A DNA stretch of 64,000 nt from a virus. The position numbers were made by a program, and so were the translations under genes. The notes beneath the pieces were generated by a model. The model was not told where the DNA came from. It was given only the letters and a program-made list of their open reading frames with translations, and searched no databases. This document shows, piece by piece, positions 1 to 6,745 of the stretch. The stretch lies in the IMG/VR virus record IMGVR_UViG_3300023181_000003, positions 1 to 64,000 of that record. One strand, 5' to 3'. Each line of letters starts with the position of its first letter. Position 1 is the first letter of the stretch.

Positions 1-313
1 AGCAAATCGGTGTATTGAATGGGTCTAGCTTTACTTCCTGTGCCCAAATTTGGGGAAATGGTTGTGTTGGAATATAGTACCTATCATCAGGCCATGTACC
101 TTTCTTTCTCATTTCATCGATATACTCTTGCATTGTCTTCTGTCTCATACCAGAAGTATCTACTTCCGTGTTTACATATATCTCTGGTGTTAATTTCTTA
201 AATACTAGGCTCAAATGCTCCTTAATCATTTTCCATTGCGAGTCTGTTATAGATTGAGCGTTTGTTAGTTCTACGAAACCCTGCAACCAAGTTACAAATT
301 TTTGTGCATCCAT
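1..313 (-). CDS. hypothetical protein, N-terminal part (ORF continues past left edge)
   Basis: Hand-translated. Reverse frame is open from ATG at 313 (AAGGA 6 nt upstream) to base 1: 104 codons MDAQKFVTWLQGFVELTNAQSITDSQWKMIKEH... Absent from ORF track only because no stop lies in the window. Confidence 0.5.
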   Translation of the reverse strand, partial: MDAQKFVTWLQGFVELTNAQSITDSQWKMIKEHLSLVFKKLTPEIYVNTEVDTSGMRQKTMQEYIDEMRKKGTWPDDRYYIPTQPFPQIWAQEVKLDPFNTPIC

Positions 314-324
314 TTGTTATCCTT

Positions 325-462
325 TCAATTATGAATAATACAACCTTTAATCCTACAAGAATCCTTTGCATGTTTATACTTAACATATTGCCAATAATGT
401 TCGTCTTGTCTATAACCATTACATGCATGATAAGGAAATCCATATTCATTAAAGTTGTTCAT
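325..462 (-). CDS. small Cys/His-rich hypothetical protein (45 aa)
   Basis: Hand-translated: ATG at 462 just after AGAGG; MNNFNEYGFPYHACNGYRQDEHYWQYVKYKHAKDSCRIKGCIIHN. Fills the gap between neighbouring leftward genes better than track ORF 222..449. Confidence 0.4.
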   Translation of the reverse strand: MNNFNEYGFPYHACNGYRQDEHYWQYVKYKHAKDSCRIKGCIIHN

Positions 463-471
463 TTACCTCTT

Positions 472-819
472 TCAATTAAAAACATCATTCTTCAAAAAGC
501 AATTAGAAATATAGAGCCACGCTTGTTTGGCCTTTCCTTTCAAGTCTTGCCTATCAGATAGCTCTTTCAAAACTGCTTCCAAGCATTGTAACACATATTT
601 ACGTGTATGTGTCGTTTTCTCATCCCAAAAATTGTGAGGTAGAAACTCTTCTACTTTGAAATCTTCTTTTACATTTTTATTCCATAATGTAACAAGCACT
701 TCAAACAAATGCATTGTCTCCATCTGTTCTACACAATAGAAATATTCTTCCATCTCTTTCCATACAAAAGATTTAGGACAAGCCAATAATGCTTCTGTCT
801 TTGTTTTATATCTAATCAT
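472..819 (-). CDS. hypothetical protein
   Basis: ORF track, 115 aa; co-oriented and tightly packed with neighbours; no motif recognised. Confidence 0.6.
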   Translation of the reverse strand: MIRYKTKTEALLACPKSFVWKEMEEYFYCVEQMETMHLFEVLVTLWNKNVKEDFKVEEFLPHNFWDEKTTHTRKYVLQCLEAVLKELSDRQDLKGKAKQAWLYISNCFLKNDVFN

Positions 820-827
820 GTAACTCC

Positions 828-1073
828 TTATTTATATACGTGATTAATAACTAAACTATTAGCTTTCTCAAGTGGCATTAGCTCGCTTACACAGTCCAAC
901 GGATTACTCTTATGAACTGTAAAGTTCTCTGGTAGTTTATCGGGCACATATCTACAGTTCCAGAATATGTATTGTTCTGAGCCTGCTTCCACCCAATCAT
1001 AATAAATCCCTAAAGCCCTAACAACTTCTGTAGGCTCTTTATCTAGATATTTTACGTATAAATGTTTAATCAT
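828..1073 (-). CDS. hypothetical protein
   Basis: ORF track, 81 aa; start overlaps the stop of the upstream ligase gene by 4 nt (coupled). Confidence 0.6.
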   Translation of the reverse strand: MIKHLYVKYLDKEPTEVVRALGIYYDWVEAGSEQYIFWNCRYVPDKLPENFTVHKSNPLDCVSELMPLEKANSLVINHVYK

Positions 1074-2098
1074 TTAATATAATTAAGGAAATAGTTACGT
1101 GCTTTGGTAGACATTTTACTAGATACATCTTTTGTGGTTAGGCCACTTGCAACCAGAGTGTCTAGTTCTTCTTTAAGCACATCAGACATAACCCACTTGA
1201 TATAATCCCCTGTATGTTTAGCATCAATCTCAAGACCCATCTCTCCTAGCTTATCAATCCCTTGTTTTAAACGATTCTCTGTCACAGTCTTTTCTACAAA
1301 CTCATCAACAGAAGCTACTTTTTCTAGATCAATAGCCACTAGAGTCTTTACTTTTGAAACAGAATGCTTTTCACCTTTAGTTTTGAACATTACACCATCA
1401 ATATTAATCTTTGGTTCTGAACATTCAATAGCTGTCCATACAAGACCTTCACCAATTAGGGAGCCTTCTGGAGCATCTGGAATAAAGAAGCGAGCAACAG
1501 GGCAATCTTTTTCAACATGCTCAGTTAGCTCAATAAACTTGTTTTGTGATAGCTCAGGATTATTAAAATCAACCTCTACAACAAAAGATGGGTAACTTGA
1601 AATAAAACTTACGTTTTCCATAGGGAATCCAGATTTTAGGAAAGCAAAGAGCATCTCTACTGTGCTCAGCCAATCCGTAGAAGCTGCATCTTCAGAGATA
1701 CGTGCTTTAAAAATAGTAAAGTGTTTATCTACTTCGCTTACACCCACACCTTTTTGGATACCCTTACCAAACCACTCGCCATAGATTTGAATATTAGTTT
1801 TATTCTCAGGACGTGCCTCTTGAATAGCATCAAATAGTTTATGAAAGTATTTCTCATTAACTTTAACAAAGGCTGCAAAGCCCATATTATCACTCTCAGG
1901 TGTAATGATACGTTCACGAGATTGGGTATGAATGACCCCATTTTGGGTACGAACTACACCAGCATTAGTGCCATGAATCTTTACAGTTCCTTCAAACTTA
2001 ATTATAGGAAGTGGAACATCATGATATTTTGCACTGTCTTTAATGTGTTTAATAGTTTGTCGGAATTGCCCGATAGACGGGAATGCAATGTGCTTCAT
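1070..2098 (-). CDS. ATP-dependent RNA ligase, Rnl2-like
   Basis: 342 aa; nucleotidyltransferase motif I KIHGTN (as in T4 Rnl2), followed by YGEWFG, EGLVW and KTKGEKH, which resemble motifs III, IV and V. Confidence 0.75.
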   Translation of the reverse strand: MKHIAFPSIGQFRQTIKHIKDSAKYHDVPLPIIKFEGTVKIHGTNAGVVRTQNGVIHTQSRERIITPESDNMGFAAFVKVNEKYFHKLFDAIQEARPENKTNIQIYGEWFGKGIQKGVGVSEVDKHFTIFKARISEDAASTDWLSTVEMLFAFLKSGFPMENVSFISSYPSFVVEVDFNNPELSQNKFIELTEHVEKDCPVARFFIPDAPEGSLIGEGLVWTAIECSEPKINIDGVMFKTKGEKHSVSKVKTLVAIDLEKVASVDEFVEKTVTENRLKQGIDKLGEMGLEIDAKHTGDYIKWVMSDVLKEELDTLVASGLTTKDVSSKMSTKARNYFLNYIK

Positions 2099-2101
2099 TA
2101 T

Positions 2102-2272
2102 TTATTCACTTTCTTTTACGTTAATTACTACCCATTGAGACATAACTGCGAACATGCAAAGTACTCGATTAATTGCTTGTTCTTTGTTGAAAGCTTCAAC
2201 AGATGAAAATTCTGCATCCATTTCTTGTACATGATTATACACAATCACGTCAAACTTGGAATTTTTAATCAT
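2102..2272 (-). CDS. hypothetical protein (56 aa)
   Basis: Hand-translated MIKNSKFDVIVYNHVQEMDAEF...; stop lies 3 nt before the ligase ATG; fills an otherwise empty operon gap. Confidence 0.45.
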   Translation of the reverse strand: MIKNSKFDVIVYNHVQEMDAEFSSVEAFNKEQAINRVLCMFAVMSQWVVINVKESE

Positions 2273-2404
2273 TTAGTTCCTTTCATAAAAAATATCAAAA
2301 TCTTTTGCTTGTTCATCTTTACATTGTAGGTTTGTCACCATCAGTTTAGCATATTCTTGATCTTCATATACGCTATTAAATTCTAGCTCATCAATTATTT
2401 TCAT
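2273..2404 (-). CDS. hypothetical protein (43 aa)
   Basis: Hand-translated MKIIDELEFNSVYEDQEYAKLM...; TAAATG stop/start junction with the next gene. Confidence 0.4.
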   Translation of the reverse strand: MKIIDELEFNSVYEDQEYAKLMVTNLQCKDEQAKDFDIFYERN

Positions 2405-2415
2405 ATTTATTCCTT

Positions 2416-2640
2416 TTAAACTTTTTCTAACCAAATACTATTAATTGGACCTTCTGCACTCTTACCTGTTGGGTAAATTTTTACAGGGAACCCTTGAAAA
2501 TGTACGTAAACTATTTTATCTCTTGGCTCAATACCTGAAACATTAAAAATGTTATCATGATAATGTAAAATAAACTTTACGCCTTTCTTAAAATCTATCC
2601 ACATTTCAATAGGAGTATTATAGTCTAGCTCTTTAAACAT
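2416..2640 (-). CDS. hypothetical protein
   Basis: Track ORF 2416..2655 starts at TTG. The ATG at 2640 is preceded by AAAGGAATAAT, so the start was moved. Confidence 0.6.
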   Translation of the reverse strand: MFKELDYNTPIEMWIDFKKGVKFILHYHDNIFNVSGIEPRDKIVYVHFQGFPVKIYPTGKSAEGPINSIWLEKV

Positions 2641-2651
2641 ATTATTCCTTT

Positions 2652-2897
2652 TCAATATTTCTCAAATAATCCATCTAGATATACAATAGATGCCTCTAGC
2701 TTATCATCATACACCAAATCATAACTCACTGTACCAGATTTATAACCAATAATATCATATGCATCCACTGATAAGCCCATGATATCCCATGTAGTGAGGT
2801 TTGTGATTACACCTAGTTTACCATAGTTTTCTTTATCTAGAAGTTTTACAATAGTTCCAATTTTATGTTTAGTTTTCTTTTTAACAAATTCTTCCAT
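2652..2897 (-). CDS. hypothetical protein
   Basis: ORF track, 81 aa; operon context. Confidence 0.6.
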   Translation of the reverse strand: MEEFVKKKTKHKIGTIVKLLDKENYGKLGVITNLTTWDIMGLSVDAYDIIGYKSGTVSYDLVYDDKLEASIVYLDGLFEKY

Positions 2898-2978
2898 GTG
2901 ATTCTCCCTTAAATCGATTTAAACAGCTTTTAATCCATTATTGTAGCACTAGGCTATGTAGGTATGTCTGATGGTGTT

Positions 2979-3332
2979 TCAGACGCTTGTAGGGGCTCCT
3001 GTGGCCTTCTGGATAACATTGTTGATCTGTGCAATAGCTTCATAATCACTATCACAAACATGTTCAGGATACATAGCCTGATACCAGAGTAAACCATTAA
3101 GTGCTATTTCTAAAGTTTCAAGCAATTCTGGTGCTGCACTGATTAAACGTGCATTGGCTAAAGATTCTTCCAAATCTCGTTTATGAAGTTCTTCGTAAGC
3201 ATAATTGAATTTAAGAAAGTGCACATTAGCAACTTTATATCTACCTCCAAGTTGTGTACCACGAATACGGAAGTATTCTACACCATCTTCTTGTGGTAGT
3301 AGAGTCCAAGGGCCTTTAGTGTACATTTTCAA
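2979..3332 (-). CDS. hypothetical protein
   Basis: ORF track, 117 aa; KGPW...ANARLISAAPELLE pattern seen in many small phage proteins of unknown function (recollection only). Confidence 0.6.
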   Translation of the reverse strand: MKMYTKGPWTLLPQEDGVEYFRIRGTQLGGRYKVANVHFLKFNYAYEELHKRDLEESLANARLISAAPELLETLEIALNGLLWYQAMYPEHVCDSDYEAIAQINNVIQKATGAPTSV

Positions 3333-3552
3333 TCTCCTTTAAATCGCCTAAGTTCATCCATTCTAGCATACCACCAGGGTATTGAACACGATCAATTTCA
3401 GATCGACGTTCTTTAACAGTCTTACCACAATGTTTACATGTAGATGTTTGAATCACTATACGCCAATCTCCTTTTACTTCGCGTGTAGGCTCATAGGAGT
3501 ATTCATTATCGTGTGATGTGAAGAAACATTTTAGTTGTTTTAGGTAGTTCAT
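3316..3552 (-). CDS. hypothetical protein, possible zinc ribbon
   Basis: ORF track, 78 aa; contains CKHCGK; overlaps neighbours on both sides. Confidence 0.55.
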   Translation of the reverse strand: MNYLKQLKCFFTSHDNEYSYEPTREVKGDWRIVIQTSTCKHCGKTVKERRSEIDRVQYPGGMLEWMNLGDLKEIENVH

Positions 3553-3764
3553 TCTACAATTCGTCCATGCATCGCCAAATCATCATTCACCTCAGTTGGC
3601 CCAAGGTACTCACAACCTTCTTCGGGATATTCAGTAACATAAGCATACAGACCATTTGGCATTCCTTTTAGTGGCCCTGTAATAGTAACCTCTGCGTCAT
3701 ACCCACCAAAGAATTTGACAAGCTTCTCAGCTTGTCGTAGGGTAATATTAATATTTTGTGTCAT
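3549..3764 (-). CDS. hypothetical protein
   Basis: ORF track, 71 aa; 4-nt overlap with the downstream gene. Confidence 0.6.
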   Translation of the reverse strand: MTQNINITLRQAEKLVKFFGGYDAEVTITGPLKGMPNGLYAYVTEYPEEGCEYLGPTEVNDDLAMHGRIVE

Positions 3765-3779
3765 TTAGTTTCCTTTAAT

Positions 3780-3980
3780 TTAAAATACAAATTCTGTATA
3801 AATCCAACCGTTTTGTTTTCCTGTATTGTCGTCCCATTCACCAACACATACATCATCTACATCACATACCAAAAGATCATCATGTACATGAACCCATCCT
3901 ACATGATAGGCGATTTCTCTCCAAAGTTCATATTGATCTTTACTGAAGTATGTTACTTTGCTCATTTTGTTTCCTTTCAA
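3780..3980 (-). CDS. hypothetical protein (first gene of leftward block)
   Basis: ORF track, 66 aa; AAAGGAAACAAA precedes the ATG; the antisense track ORF 3756..3995 is less plausible. Confidence 0.6.
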   Translation of the reverse strand: MKGNKMSKVTYFSKDQYELWREIAYHVGWVHVHDDLLVCDVDDVCVGEWDDNTGKQNGWIYTEFVF

Positions 3981-4022
3981 ATTTGTGATGTGTGATTGTA
4001 GATCAAGTGTGAAGTCTTATGT

Positions 4023-4040
4023 GTTGTATTTTCACTACAC
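4023..4040. promoter_or_regulatory. degenerate copy (opposite orientation) of the operator-like motif found at 40861 and 41341
   Basis: Reverse complement reads GTAGTGAAAATACAACAC; its 12 3'-terminal nt (AAAATACAACAC) are identical to 41349-41360 plus flank. Lies upstream of the leftward gene 3780..3980. Confidence 0.3.
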
Positions 4041-4096
4041 TATGTAAAGATTTGTAAAGTAGTGTAAATTATTCAGAAAGTAAGGGTAAATCCTAA

Positions 4097-4124
4097 TTGA
4101 CAAAATAGTGTTTTATGTTACAAT
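4097..4124 (+). promoter_or_regulatory. sigma70-type promoter (TTGACA, 16-nt spacer, TGtTACAAT)
   Basis: TTGACA at 4097-4102, TG at 4116-4117, TACAAT at 4119-4124. Confidence 0.55.
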
Positions 4125-4128
4125 AACA

Positions 4129-4619
4129 ACATAAATGCGGAAACTGCATCTCTAACATGGAATACACACATTGTACCATGAAATTGGAAAGTTTCTCGGA
4201 TTGTGTTGCGGTAAGTATCTTCTTTAAAACAAGGTGTAGACAGTGGGCATGATTTTAAAAGCCGTACACGTCGTGGAGACGGCAAAGGGTTAAGTAAGAG
4301 GTTGGAAGCTAAGATCAATGATGCTTCTTTCTTTTTCAGTGAGCCTGAACACGTAGGGAAGGATTCTAATGGATTCTTTTGAGTCACTGAACTGTATCTG
4401 TATGCTTGATCAATCTGCATACATCTAGCCTAAAGCTAGACAAAGACGGCTCCGGGGGAAATATCCTTGGTTGGTTTTGATTATAGTCTTAGATTCTGTA
4501 TTTCACATTTAAATTATGTGTTTGCAGAGTCTAGGGTAAACTGTATCTTAAAAACCCACCAAGGGAAATTATAGGTAACTAATATAATGAATAAGTATTA
4601 ATAAGATAAGGAGTCAATA
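4129..4619 (+). ncRNA. long ORF-free leader / candidate structured RNA (element A)
   Basis: ~490 nt between the promoter and the ATG at 4620 with no + strand ORF >=60 aa. Contains GNRA-type and long hairpins (e.g. 4488-4525). Its 3' 117 nt share an ordered motif series with 41207-41296. Confidence 0.35.
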
Positions 4620-5093
4620 ATGCCAAGTGTCTTTGAATGGTGGCTAGGTAGGCCAGAAGAAATAGTTATACCAAAACCAGAGAGAAAGAAATATACTGAT
4701 TTAACAGGACAGAGATTCACTAAACTACTTGTCCTAAACAGAATAGAATCAGATAAACACGTATATAAATATTTATGTCAATGTGATTGTAGTAATACTA
4801 AAGTTGTACTAGCACAGAATCTTAAAACTGGTAAAACTAAATCATGCGGATGTTTAAGAGAGTCTAAAGAGTGTTATTCTAAAATTAAACTAACACAAGC
4901 CCTTGTGCTTGAAAGATTTAATACTGCTCATGGAAACTTATATGATTATTCACAAGTTGTTTACAAAGGTATAGCAAATAAAGTGAGTATTGTTTGTTAC
5001 AAACATGGTGTTTTTATGCAAAGACCTGATAATCATTGGAATGGTGGTGGTTGTCCACACTGTTATAATGAAAATATTAAGAATAGATCATAA
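4620..5093 (+). CDS. homing-endonuclease-related DNA-binding protein (no nuclease motif seen)
   Basis: 157 aa. N-terminal module LTGQRFTKL...CQCDC...SCGC matches the repeats of the HNH-AP2 protein (6832). C-terminal module HGNLYDYS...CYKHG...GCPHC matches the repeats of the 49960 protein. GGAG 8 nt before the ATG. Confidence 0.7.
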   Translation: MPSVFEWWLGRPEEIVIPKPERKKYTDLTGQRFTKLLVLNRIESDKHVYKYLCQCDCSNTKVVLAQNLKTGKTKSCGCLRESKECYSKIKLTQALVLERFNTAHGNLYDYSQVVYKGIANKVSIVCYKHGVFMQRPDNHWNGGGCPHCYNENIKNRS

Positions 5094-5120
5094 ATATTTA
5101 TATGTATCCTCTAGTTTAGT

Positions 5121-5149
5121 ATATATTTAGATAATTCTTGTGATACAAT
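5121..5149 (+). promoter_or_regulatory. extended -10 promoter-like element (TGaTACAAT)
   Basis: TG at 5141-5142, TACAAT at 5144-5149; no good -35. Confidence 0.4.
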
Positions 5150-5340
5150 ACTCTTATGTAAGTAAATAGTTACTTCGGAAATAAAGAATGCACTCAAGAT
5201 CGTTACATATATTGTTCCCTTGAGGCTCACATTGTTTTATTACAGTGTGTCGAATTAATGCAGGTAAGGTGTTTATGGATACACATTAGCCTTCCAAGCT
5301 TAAATAGATCGGCTCGGTACCGACTACCTGCTCCAAATAA

Positions 5341-5410
5341 GGATGAGTATACCGTTAAGGAGGCGGAACCGGCTGTAACTCGGTTGGATCGTTACCAAGA
5401 TCATCCACCA
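5341..5410 (+). ncRNA. tRNA-like element, anticodon-loop CU-GUA-AC (Tyr-type), reduced D/T arms, encoded ACCA end
   Basis: Hand fold: acceptor GGATGA(5341-46)/TCATCC(5401-06) then A-CCA; anticodon stem ACCGG/TCGGT with a 7-nt loop (GTA at 5375-77); D stem of only 3 bp; T arm of only 3 bp with a non-canonical loop. Confidence 0.3.
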
Positions 5411-5533
5411 AATAATTAAAGATCACCTACCTTAGTGACCGATAGACCCTCGGCGAGATAAGAAATTCTCAGGTGTCCGCATCAAGCAGCTTAAGCGAAA
5501 TGTAAGCCCTGTAATTGTAAGCAGGATAAATAT

Positions 5534-5611
5534 AGCGGTGTAGTTCAGTCCGGTAGAACAGGGGTCTCATACGCCTCATGTCATGGGTTCAAATCCCATC
5601 ATTCGCAACCA
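5534..5611 (+). tRNA. tRNA-Met-like (anticodon CAT) with non-closing acceptor stem; possibly pseudogene or part of a larger composite
   Basis: Canonical D arm (GTTC/AGTCCGGTA/GAAC), anticodon arm (GGGGT/CTCATAC/GCCTC) and T arm (ATGGG/TTCAAAT/CCCAT), ending ..CATTCGC-A-ACCA. The adjacent 5' strand AGCGGTG does not pair with CATTCGC. Confidence 0.45.
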
Positions 5612-5728
5612 AGCATCTGTGACCCACATGCAGCAATTGAAGCTGGCAATGTCGAACAGAGTTAACACGCACAACAATTACACAGCTTTCCTCCTTTCTA
5701 TGTGATAGTTGCTCTGTGCCCTAATAAT

Positions 5729-5812
5729 ACCGACTTCGCATAGAGGCCGATTGCACCTGTTTTGTAAGCAGGAATATAAACACCGTAAGTTCAAATCTTA
5801 CAGTCGGCACCA
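5729..5812 (+). tRNA. tRNA-like, anticodon TGT (Thr-type), encoded CCA, unusual 12-nt variable loop
   Basis: Hand fold: acceptor ACCGACT/AGTCGGC (A1-C72 mismatch); D arm GCAT/AGAGGCCGA/TTGC; anticodon arm CCTGT/TTTGTAA/GCAGG; T arm GTAAG/TTCAAAT/CTTAC; A-CCA at 5809-5812. Confidence 0.5.
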
Positions 5813-5832
5813 AATAAAGAAAAGAATATATC

Positions 5833-6177
5833 ATGGCAAATCCTAATTTAGTAAAAGGTGCCCCTGCTTTACCTGGGGCTGGTAGACCACCTGGGAGTGG
5901 TAACAAATCTAAAGCTTCTTCATTACGTAAAACTTTAAAGAAACTAAAGTCGTTTGAAGAGAAAGCTATCCAAAACATTGAAGACAGTGTTAATGGAAAA
6001 GAAGTAGATAAAGAGCAACTAGCATCCTCTAAGTGGCTTGTAACAAGTGTTGTAACAGTCCAGAAAGCTTGTTTAGCTGAAGAACAGTTTAAAGAATCCC
6101 TCAATGATGAGGATGAAGAGAAAGAACCTGTGGTTGAAAAACCTAAGTTTTCTCTTAATATTGTAAATAAGATTTAA
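5833..6177 (+). CDS. hypothetical protein; possible small terminase / DNA-binding protein
   Basis: ORF track, 114 aa; N-terminal GAGRPPGSGNK basic motif and acidic C-terminus; lies upstream of terL. The function call is a guess. Confidence 0.6.
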   Translation: MANPNLVKGAPALPGAGRPPGSGNKSKASSLRKTLKKLKSFEEKAIQNIEDSVNGKEVDKEQLASSKWLVTSVVTVQKACLAEEQFKESLNDEDEEKEPVVEKPKFSLNIVNKI

Positions 6178-6262
6178 TATAATGTGGAGAGACTAGCGAT
6201 TATGGCTAGGGAGTTGAGATGCATGGATAGTGTGGCAGGCTCAGCACGAATAAATCAATATT

Positions 6263-6297
6263 AGAGGGGTAGTAAAAACTACACCCTCTTTTATTTT
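6263..6297 (+). terminator. rho-independent terminator
   Basis: AGAGGGGTAGT-AAAA-ACTACACCCTCT (one bulge) followed by TTTTATTTT. Confidence 0.6.
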
Positions 6298-6313
6298 GTA
6301 GAAAAGGATTGTA

Positions 6314-6745
6314 ATGAGTAGTATTAAATATAGAGTGTCTGTTCAAGGCACAGACAGTTTAGGCCACAAGTGGTTAAGTAATGTAGTGGAAGTGGCTAAG
6401 CTAGGTGGTGAGGTCGATATGAATCAATTACGTACATCATTCCCTCATTCAGCTATTATGTTTCTTGAAACAGATCAAGAGATGGTTAGTAGGTCTGGTG
6501 TGACATTCACTGTTCTTGAACAGAGTTATAGCACAGAAGAAGAGTTAGATGCCTTGCCTATTGAAAAATGGCGTAAGCTTATGAAAGCTAATGGTTGTAA
6601 TTCTCGTAATAGACATGATGGAAATACACAGTATTTAGCTAAATTTTCTGTTGTAGAAAAAGTTGTTAAGCCAGTTAAGAATAAAGTAGAAACTGTGTTA
6701 CAATCTGATGTTGTAACAGAAGATGTAGCTGACGCTACAGAGTAA
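6314..6745 (+). CDS. hypothetical protein
   Basis: ORF track, 143 aa; AAAGGA 6 nt before the ATG. Confidence 0.65.
   Translation: MSSIKYRVSVQGTDSLGHKWLSNVVEVAKLGGEVDMNQLRTSFPHSAIMFLETDQEMVSRSGVTFTVLEQSYSTEEELDALPIEKWRKLMKANGCNSRNRHDGNTQYLAKFSVVEKVVKPVKNKVETVLQSDVVTEDVADATE

Noticed and set aside
222-561. Track ORFs 222..449 (-) and 262..561 (+)
   Set aside because: They overlap better-supported leftward ORFs (1..313, 325..462, 472..819) found by hand translation with SD-like sequences. Their composition is hydrophobic and low-complexity.
1383-2206. Plus-strand ORFs 1383..1595 and 1841..2206, and the alternate-frame minus-strand ORF 1738..1941, within the RNA ligase region
   Set aside because: Antisense or out of frame relative to a motif-supported gene.
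4118-4420. 100-aa antisense ORF inside noncoding element A
   Set aside because: Leu/Ser/Pro/Arg-rich composition unlike every credible protein here. No convincing SD or promoter. It lies opposite a strong rightward promoter.
5534-5611. Calling this a standard functional tRNA-Met
   Set aside because: The acceptor strands AGCGGTG and CATTCGC cannot form a 7-bp stem. Reported only as tRNA-like or a possible pseudogene.
4129-5832. One large group I intron carrying the 4620 HEG-like ORF
   Set aside because: No split host gene or tRNA halves flank the region. The left flank is the start of a leftward gene and the right flank is an intact ORF.
5721-6104. 127-aa minus-strand ORF
   Set aside because: Antisense to the well-formed gene 5833..6177 and to the tRNA-like element at 5729-5812; odd composition.
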